The notes beneath the pieces are model-generated. The model did not search any database, had not been told where the DNA came from, and was given only the letters and a program-made list of their open reading frames with translations. Made by a program: the position numbers and the translations under genes. Positions 43,526-49,232 of a DNA stretch of 49,232 bases are shown one piece after another (the stretch's first letter is position 1; each line of letters opens with the position of its first letter). Source of the stretch: Parcubacteria group bacterium GW2011_GWA2_49_9 (GTDB lineage Bacteria; Patescibacteriota; Minisyncoccia; Phycocordibacterales; UBA10002); the NCBI GenBank assembly GCA_001004005.1, contig LCQF01000006.1:1-49232 (forward strand). Reading direction: 5' to 3'.

Positions 43526-44839
43526 ATGCATATTCAGGAACATATTTCTCTTAAAGAACTGACGACGATGAAAATCGGGGGAGACGCCCGCTATTTTTGT
43601 TCTGCCTCGACTGCCGAAGCTTTGGCGGAGGCGGTTTTGTTTGCTCGCGAAAAGAATGTGCCCGTTATTGTGCTTGGTGGAGGTTCCAACACGCTTGTCG
43701 CGAGTGGTGATATTAACGCGCTGGTTCTGAAAATTGAAATCAAGGGGGTTGAGTGGGAATCTCCCTTAGGAAAGTGGAATAGTCGTAGACGAGGAGCACT
43801 CCGACGTGGCGTCGGGGGAGGGTTGTTACAACCCCCGGCGCATCGGAATGCGTCCACCCCCTTTAGTAAGGGGGATTCCGTTCCGGTCGTTGTCGGCGCC
43901 GGTGAGAGCTGGGACGGCTTTGTCGCGCAAGCTGTTGAGAAAGGATTGTGGGGTATTGAAAATCTTTCCGGTATTCCCGGCACCGTAGGCGCCGCCCCTA
44001 TCCAAAATATCGGTGCGTATGGAACGGAAGTCAAAGATACGATTCTGTGGGTAGAGGTGTTTGATATCAAGGCGGGGAAGCTCCGGCGGCTTACAAACGC
44101 CGAATGCCGGTTCGCGTACCGCGACAGTATGTTTAAGCATCAGGTGGAAGGACCGTTCATCGTCTGCCGTGTGGCTTTTCTCCTCCGGAAAGATGGCGTT
44201 CCTAATTTGGAATATAAAGATTTACAAAAATATTTCGGGAATCTTTCCTCCCCTCCTTTCCAAGGTGAGAAGCGAATACTTGGAGCTTCGCAAGACCTTG
44301 AGCGTCCGTCTTCGGACGCGAAAGGTGTACAGCTTCGGTACGAAGGGGATAAGAGGGGTGGTAGTTTTCCTTCTCTCCAGCAAATCCGCAACGCTGTTAT
44401 TGAAATCCGTTCCGGGAAATTCCCCGACCTGCGGGAATTTGGTACCGCCGGTTCATTCTTCAAAAATCCGATTATCTCAAAGAAACAGTTTGATGAATTG
44501 AAAGAGAGATACCCGAATCTTCCAGGATTTCCTCTTAGCCTCTCCCCCTCTTTAGAGGGGGAGATTGAGAGGTGGTGCACCCCACCCACCCTCCCCTCTA
44601 AAGAGGGGAGGAGGGAAGAAAAGGTGAAAATCCCGCTTGCGTGGGTACTCGACAATATTTGCAATCTTAAAGGTTTCAAAAAAGGAAATGTCGCCTTGTT
44701 TGAGAAACAGCCGATTGTGCTCGTGCACAGCGGAGAGGCGACCTCGGAAGAAATTGAATTGTTCGCGAAAGAAATTGCGGACATCGTAAAAGTAAAAACC
44801 GGAATTGAAATTGAGTGGGAGGTGCAAAGAATATTTTAA
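43526..44839 (+). CDS. murB: UDP-N-acetylenolpyruvoylglucosamine reductase, enlarged by three in-frame repeat-derived insertions
   Basis: 'LTTMKIGGDARYF', 'VLGGGSNTLV', 'VVVGAGESWD', 'GIENLSGIPGTVGAAPIQNIGAYG.EV', 'C.FAYRDS.FK', 'GSFFKNP', 'IPLAWVLD..G.KG...G...L.EKQPIVLV'. It is 437 aa versus ~300 aa typical. Confidence 0.9.
   Translation: MHIQEHISLKELTTMKIGGDARYFCSASTAEALAEAVLFAREKNVPVIVLGGGSNTLVASGDINALVLKIEIKGVEWESPLGKWNSRRRGALRRGVGGGLLQPPAHRNASTPFSKGDSVPVVVGAGESWDGFVAQAVEKGLWGIENLSGIPGTVGAAPIQNIGAYGTEVKDTILWVEVFDIKAGKLRRLTNAECRFAYRDSMFKHQVEGPFIVCRVAFLLRKDGVPNLEYKDLQKYFGNLSSPPFQGEKRILGASQDLERPSSDAKGVQLRYEGDKRGGSFPSLQQIRNAVIEIRSGKFPDLREFGTAGSFFKNPIISKKQFDELKERYPNLPGFPLSLSPSLEGEIERWCTPPTLPSKEGRREEKVKIPLAWVLDNICNLKGFKKGNVALFEKQPIVLVHSGEATSEEIELFAKEIADIVKVKTGIEIEWEVQRIF
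43760..43879. repeat. Palindromic-element copy inside murB (reverse orientation relative to 34156-34301), in-frame
   Basis: 43832-43874 matches the reverse complement of 34179-34221 at 40/43. The flanking modules 'tctcccttaggaaag' and 'gcactccgacg..cgtcggggg' are co-linear with the reverse complement of 34222-34275. Confidence 0.8.
44247..44361. repeat. Second hairpin-rich insertion inside murB, in-frame (boundaries approximate)
   Basis: Bounded by the inverted 'cctcccctc' / 'gaggggtgg'. It contains 'gcgtccg-tctt-cggacgc' and encodes 'LSSPPFQGEKRILGASQDLERPSSDAKGVQLRYEGDKRGGSFP', which has no counterpart in the MurB fold as I know it. Confidence 0.55.
44540..44612. repeat. Third insertion inside murB: two G/C-homopolymer hairpins, in-frame (boundaries approximate)
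   Basis: 'ctccccctctttagagggggag' and 'cctcccctctaaagaggggagg', encoding 'LSPSLEGEIERWCTPPTLPSKEGRRE'. Confidence 0.6.
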
Positions 44840-44995
44840 AAAGATATCCACACATTTACGTCGCGCGCTATTGTATTCATCTACATTGATGCGATAATTA
44901 AGTCGGTCGATTCTCATTAATGCTAATCAGAAGAAAAGAAAAATGAACGCACGATGTTCTCGATTCCGGCCGAAAGGATTCTTTTCTTTAACATA

Positions 44996-45082
44996 ATGGC
45001 AAAGAAGAAACGAAAAGCGACGAAGAAGCGCAAGACGGCGAAGAAAGGCAAGAAGCGCAAGACCGCAAAGCGACGCCGATAA
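44996..45082 (+). CDS. 28-aa lysine/arginine-rich micro-protein (hypothetical)
   Basis: An ATG..TAA ORF 'MAKKKRKATKKRKTAKKGKKRKTAKRRR', followed 3 nt later by a strong terminator hairpin. It was not in the ORF track because it is under 60 aa. Confidence 0.4.
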   Translation: MAKKKRKATKKRKTAKKGKKRKTAKRRR

Positions 45083-45085
45083 ATC

Positions 45086-45117
45086 AAAACTCCTCCGACA
45101 TATGTCGGGGGAGTTTT
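45086..45117 (+). terminator. Rho-independent terminator candidate
   Basis: 'aaaactcctccgaca-tat-gtcgggggagtttt' followed by 'gtat'. Confidence 0.65.
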
Positions 45118-47071
45118 GTATCCGTGATTGTCACTCGAAAATAAGCAGAGCACGGGTGAAGGGTTAAGGATTAAAGATTAAGGATTTCTATGTTAGTATT
45201 GCCCCATGTTTGATGGATTAAAAAAGCTATTCGGGGACGACACGGTGGCCAAGCTAAAGCCTCTTTTGGGGAACGTAGAGAAAATAAACCGCTTGGAAGA
45301 AGGCCTCAAAGCGCTGCCTAAAGAGGCGCTTAAAGAAAAGACCGCTGAACTGAAAGCCCGATTACAGAAGGGTGAGACGTTGGATGATATCCTACCCGAA
45401 GCGTTCGCGCTCGTGCGCGAATCGTCGCGGCGCACGCTTGGCGAACGGCACTTTGACGTACAACTTCTCGGCGGACAAGTCTTACATAACCGCGGCATCG
45501 CGGAGATGCGTACCGGAGAAGGGAAGACACTTGTCGCGACGCTCCCTTCGTATCTTAACGGGGGTTGTTAATCATGATTCTTCTTTTTTGTATGACCCAC
45601 TGCATAGTTCTAAGTTGGAAGTTGAAAGTTCAGAGTCAGAAAACCTAAAACTTAAAACTGATAACTTAAAACTTGACGAGACAAGGGACACACTTGGCTC
45701 GTTCAAGGTCGTGCATGAATTCCTGCGGCCGTGCACCCGGCGTGAAGCGTACGCCGCGGATATCACGTACGGCACCAACAACGAATTCGGGTTTGATTAC
45801 CTTCGCGACAATCTTGAGTATGACCCTGCGCGGCTCCGTCAGCGCGATTTCAACTATGCGATTGTGGACGAGATTGACTCCATCCTTATTGACGAGGCGC
45901 GAACCCCGCTCATTATTTCCGCCCCCACGGGTGATTCGGAAGATTTATACGCGCGGTTCGCGCAGATTGCGGGAGGCCTTGCGGCGGATACGGATTTTAC
46001 GGTAGACGAAAAACAAAAAGCGATTCAGCTCACGCCCGCGGGTATTGAGAAAGCGGAAAAGGCGCTCGGAATCGGCAATATCTACACCGAGAAAGGCATC
46101 AAGTACGTACACCATCTTGAAACCGCCGTACGGGCGAAAGCGCTCTTCCAACTTGATAAAGAGTACGTGGTGAAGAACGGCGAAATCATTATCGTGGACG
46201 AATTTACCGGCCGTATGATGCCGGGGAGGCGTTGGAGTGAAGGGTTGCATCAGGCGATTGAAGCGAAAGAAGGCGTGAAGGTGCAGAAAGAATCCCGCAC
46301 GTTTGCGTCCATCACGTTCCAGAATTATTTCAGAATGTACAAAAAGCTCGCCGGGATGACGGGTACCGCGAAAACCAGCTCCGAAGAGTTTTACAAAGTG
46401 TATGGACTTGACGTCGTTTCTATCCCGACTAACAAGCCGATTGCCCGTGCTGACCGGAACGACCAGATTTTTCAGACGGAGACGGGGAAGTACAAGGCCA
46501 TCGCGAAGAAGGTCGCGGAACTGAACAAAAAAGGCCAGCCCGTTCTCATCGGCACGGTCTCCATTGAGAAAAACGAAGTGCTTTCCGAGTACCTGCGTAC
46601 GGTCGGCGTCCCTCACGAACTTTTGAATGCCAAAAATCACGAACGGGAAGGAGAAATTATCGCCCAAGCGGGACGGCGTGGAGCGGTGACCGTCGCGACT
46701 AATATGGCTGGCCACGGCGCATTGATAACCAGCTTCGCGGACGCAGCGGACGACAGGGAGACCCCGGCGAAACGCAATTCTTCGTTTCAATGGAAGACAC
46801 ATTGATGCGGGTCTTTGCCGCGGATACTATCAAGAGTGTTATGGGGAAATTCGGTATTCCCGAAGACGAGCCGATTGAAAACAGGATGATTACCCGCTCG
46901 CTTGAATCGGCACAGACGAAAATTGAAGGCTTCAACTTTGATTCGCGCAAGCACGTACTGGAATACGACAACGTGCTCAATCACCAGCGCACCGTTATTT
47001 ATGAACGCCGGCGCAAGATGTTGCTCGGCGGCCCCGAAGCGGTGGATGAGTATCTCACTATGCTCTCGGCA

Positions 47072-47126
47072 GGGGAATCCCCCTTAGAAAAGGGGGTGCC
47101 TCCGTCTTCGGAGGCGGGGGTTGTGA
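47072..47126. repeat. Palindromic-element core inside the secA C-terminal region, in-frame
   Basis: 'cccccttagaaaagggggtg-cctccgtcttcggagg-cgggggttgtga' has the same hairpin1-TG-hairpin2-CGGGGG layout as 1139-1181 and 34179-34221. It encodes 'ESPLEKGVPPSSEAGVV'. Confidence 0.7.
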
Positions 47127-47493
47127 ATTTCGGCAAGCTCGTTGAGCAGAAAAAGCAGCAGCTCGGTGCGGAGTTCTACCCGGCCATTTCGCGCCTTATC
47201 CTCCAGACCATTGACCTCTTCTGGGTGGAGCATCTGGAAGTGATGGATTATTTGCGCGGTTCCGTAAATTTGCGCGCGTATGGCCAGCGCGACCCGCTCG
47301 TGGAATATAAGCGGGAAGGACTCAAACTTTTCAAGGATATGGAAGAGAATATCGTGAATCAGGTACTGCACGTCTTTCCACACGTTGGCGGTGCTCCCAT
47401 ACAGGAACAGGTCAAATTACAGGAGGTACACGAGCAGGCCCAGCTTATCGGCTCGGGCGATGAAGAGTCCGATGCGCAGCATCACGGCAATAT

Positions 47494-47524
47494 CCCCCTT
47501 AACAAAGGGGGTGGCCTGGGGGGG
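47494..47524. repeat. Truncated palindromic-element core inside the secA C-terminal linker, in-frame
   Basis: 'cccccttaacaaagggggtggcctggggggg', encoding 'IPLNKGGGLGGL'. Confidence 0.6.
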
Positions 47525-47683
47525 TTGTCGTCTTCACGTTCGGAACCGAAAAATCCCGACGGTTCGCGCATCGGTCGCAACGACCCCTGCTTCTGCGGAA
47601 GCGGCAAGAAGTATAAGAAGTGCCATGGAGTGTAGAGTCAGCGTTTTTCTTGCCCTCTGTAGAAAGAGGCAAAAACCCTTGTT

Positions 47684-48043
47684 ATGAAAGAAACACTCTC
47701 GCTTAAACTTGCCAGGGTCTTTCTCGGCAAAGAAGTTGAGGTTGTCTTTGACCGGCCTATCGGGACACGGCACCCGAAATATAATTTTGTGTACAAGCAG
47801 AATTATGGGAATATCCAGGGGGTACCAGCTCCTGATGGGGAAGACCTTGACGCCTTTTATCTCGGAGAGACCAAGCCGCTCCAAAAAGCGAGAGGACTAT
47901 GTATCGCGATTATTCATCGGCGGGACGATGACGACGATAAGCTAGTGGTTGTTCCAAAAGGGTTCAATCCGAGCGATGAAGAAATTATGAAGCTGGTGCA
48001 TTTTCAGGAACAATTTTTTGATTCGGCTGTTGTTAGGAAATAA
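47684..48043 (+). CDS. Small inorganic pyrophosphatase-family protein
   Basis: 'DRPIGTRHP', 'NYGNIQGV.APDGEDLDAFYLG', 'IAIIHRRDDDDDKLVVVP'; 119 aa. Confidence 0.6.
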   Translation: MKETLSLKLARVFLGKEVEVVFDRPIGTRHPKYNFVYKQNYGNIQGVPAPDGEDLDAFYLGETKPLQKARGLCIAIIHRRDDDDDKLVVVPKGFNPSDEEIMKLVHFQEQFFDSAVVRK

Positions 48044-48101
48044 CATTCTGACATTCTTAAGAATGTGAGAATAAGAAAAAGAGGGTGTAATCAAGAACGG
48101 T

Positions 48102-48629
48102 ATGAAATTGGTATTGCCGACAATTGAATACGAACAAAGTTTCCGCGAAGCCGCGGAGGAGTTCCGGAAGGAGGAGAAGAGATTGGATATTGAAAACAGT
48201 CTGGTCAAACGTCTTGGCGAAAGCTCGGATTTTTCCGCCTTTGTAGAAAAACTCCACGGCGAGGCGGAAGGGAAATTTCTGCCTGAAGGGTACGTCCCAC
48301 ATACGGTGTTTTGGCTTGTGGATGGTGAGAAATTTATTGGATGGCTGAATATTCGGCATCGGCTGAATGAGCATTTGCGTGAAGTCGGCGGACATATTGG
48401 GTATGCGATACGGCCGAGCGAGCGGGGAAAGGGATATGGCAACAAAATTCTTGAGCTTGCTTTGACGAAAGCGCGCGAGCTGGGGATAGAAGATGTGCGA
48501 ATCACCTGTAATGCCGACAATATCCGTTCGGCGAAAGTGATTGAAAAGAACGGCGGAGTATTTGAGAATACCGCGACAACCGCGGGTGACACCACGCGTC
48601 GCCGCTATTGGATTCACCTGCAAAAATAA
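48102..48629 (+). CDS. GNAT-family N-acetyltransferase
   Basis: 'IGWLNIRHRLNE..REVGGHIGYAIRPSERGKGYGNKILELAL.KARELGIEDVRITCNADNIRSAKVIEKNGG'. Confidence 0.82.
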   Translation: MKLVLPTIEYEQSFREAAEEFRKEEKRLDIENSLVKRLGESSDFSAFVEKLHGEAEGKFLPEGYVPHTVFWLVDGEKFIGWLNIRHRLNEHLREVGGHIGYAIRPSERGKGYGNKILELALTKARELGIEDVRITCNADNIRSAKVIEKNGGVFENTATTAGDTTRRRYWIHLQK

Positions 48630-48634
48630 ATGGT

Positions 48635-49075
48635 ATGAAAAAGAAAACCATTATCATTTGCTCCAGCGCGTCGTTTTACCGGCAAGCGCTTGAGGTGGAA
48701 AAGCTGCTGCGAAAACGCGGTTTTCGCGCGCTCGTTCCTTTTATCGCGAAGCGTATGAAGCGAAGCGGCAACTTTGAGGTTTCCACGTATAAGACGTGGT
48801 ATGCGAACAGTAACGATTGGAACAAAAAGACCGCGCTTATGAAGCGGCACTTTAAGAAAGTATTGGAGGGAGACGCGGTTCTCGTGCTTAACTACCGAAA
48901 GAATAAGACAGATGGATATATCGGAGGAAATGTGCTTATGGAAATGGCGCTCGCGTTCCACTACAAGAAACCAATCTTCATCCTGCATCCGGTGACCGCG
49001 GCACTGCCGCTCTATGAGGAAGTGATGGGGGTGCAACCGATATTTCTGAATGGCGACTTGCGGCATCTCTCATAA
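48635..49075 (+). CDS. Nucleoside 2-deoxyribosyltransferase-like protein (hypothetical)
   Basis: Flavodoxin-like 'KTIIICSSASF' N-terminus, then 'EGDAVLVLNY...DGYIGGNVLMEMALAFHYKKPIFIL'. This is a weak, memory-based assignment. Confidence 0.45.
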   Translation: MKKKTIIICSSASFYRQALEVEKLLRKRGFRALVPFIAKRMKRSGNFEVSTYKTWYANSNDWNKKTALMKRHFKKVLEGDAVLVLNYRKNKTDGYIGGNVLMEMALAFHYKKPIFILHPVTAALPLYEEVMGVQPIFLNGDLRHLS

Positions 49076-49084
49076 ACAGGAATA

Positions 49085-49118
49085 GTTATGCTGTTATTCT
49101 TGAGAATAACAGCATAAC
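49085..49118. promoter_or_regulatory. Perfect 15/16-bp hairpin ending immediately before the maf-like start codon
   Basis: 'gttatgctgttattc-ttga-gaataacagcataac' directly abuts the ATG at 49119. Confidence 0.6.
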
Positions 49119-49232
49119 ATGGAAACGATGAAAATTATTTTAGGCTCACAATCGGAGAACAGAAAACACGTGCTTGAACAGGCCGGCTATATGTTTGAGG
49201 TGATGGTCTCAAATATAGATGAGAAAGCGATT
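49119..49232 (+). CDS. maf: Maf-like nucleoside-triphosphate pyrophosphatase, 5' fragment running off the window
   Basis: 'KIILGSQSENRKHVLEQAGYMFEVMVSNIDEKAI' matches the Maf N-terminal pattern 'ILAS.SP.R..LL...G..F.V..S.IDE'. Confidence 0.7.
   Translation, partial: METMKIILGSQSENRKHVLEQAGYMFEVMVSNIDEKAI

Larger units (their letters stand above)
45206..47635 (+). pseudogene. secA: Preprotein translocase ATPase SecA, reading frame broken at ~45559 and ~46713 with conserved segments missing
   Basis: Three ORFs carry consecutive SecA blocks. The first has '[18 protein letters not shown]'. The second has '[75 protein letters not shown]'. The third has '[34 protein letters not shown]...RNDPCFCGSGKKYKKCHG'. 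Missing are the block with 'GKGVHVVTVNDYLA.RD' and the 'RGTDI...GGL.VIGTERHES' block. Confidence 0.85.

Noticed and set aside
44923-45153. 76-aa minus-strand ORF between murB and secA.
   Set aside because: Its Phe/Arg-rich repetitive translation is the mirror of the plus-strand AAG/AAA/CGC-rich micro-ORF. There is no start context or domain, so it is treated as a shadow.
45559-45572. 'gggggttgttaa' at the first secA break looked like the 3' end ('CGGGGGTTGT..') of the palindromic element, suggesting an element-mediated disruption.
   Set aside because: Shifted by one base it reads '[13 protein letters not shown]', which continues as genuine SecA-like coding sequence up to '[22 protein letters not shown]'. 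The resemblance is most simply coincidental, and no hairpin 1 or TIR is present.
47636-47683. Possible terminator hairpin after secA ('cttgccctct-gtag-aaagaggcaa').
   Set aside because: The stem is imperfect (bulged C) and the T-run precedes rather than follows it on the coding strand. It was not reported as a feature.
1-49232. Looked for tRNA, rRNA, tmRNA, RNase P and SRP RNA signatures, and for prophage, toxin-antitoxin or known defence-system genes.
   Set aside because: No T-loop ('GGTTCGAATCC'-like) motifs or other conserved RNA motifs were seen by eye. Apart from the RAYT-like transposase, no integrase, phage structural, restriction-modification or nuclease/ATPase defence-type ORFs were recognised. 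Absence by eye is not proof.

Overview
The window is gene-dense bacterial DNA with no rRNA, tRNA or CRISPR. Gene content suggests a small-genome CPR/Patescibacteria-like organism, but that is inference only. Positions ~1-41.8 kb form one large surface-glycan biosynthesis island. It contains a nonulosonic-acid (legionaminic/sialic-like) module: PseB/CapD-type dehydratase, DegT aminotransferase, NeuC-, NeuB- and NeuA-like genes. It contains an acetamidino module: a PP-loop N-acetyl-sugar amidotransferase plus HisH/HisF-like genes. A second ulosonic-acid module appears to use a phosphorylated route: SIS isomerase, SAF-less NeuB paralogue, KdsC-like phosphatase, second NeuA-like gene, cupin, and TylF methyltransferase. 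The island also has GDP-L-fucose genes (gmd, fcl), a plant-type RGP/GT75-like protein, GT2/GT4 transferases, two Capsule_synth (KpsS/KpsC-like) paralogues, eight methyltransferases, an MsbA-like ABC exporter, and a Wzy_C/O-antigen-ligase-TPR fusion. Downstream lie an IS200/RAYT-type Y1 transposase bracketed by hairpin repeats, then the housekeeping genes murB and secA and small nucleotide-metabolism genes. Two things stand out. (1) A modular family of palindromic MITE/RPE-like elements occurs as ~150-bp intergenic copies with terminal inverted repeats. Shorter copies sit in-frame inside murB (one clear copy plus two looser palindromic insertions) and secA (two). (2) At least eight genes, including secA at two sites, look as if ~100-130 bp of conserved coding sequence is missing. 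This is either pseudogenisation or collapsed assembly gaps, and the sequence alone cannot decide. All functional calls come from reading motifs in the translated ORFs. No database search was run.
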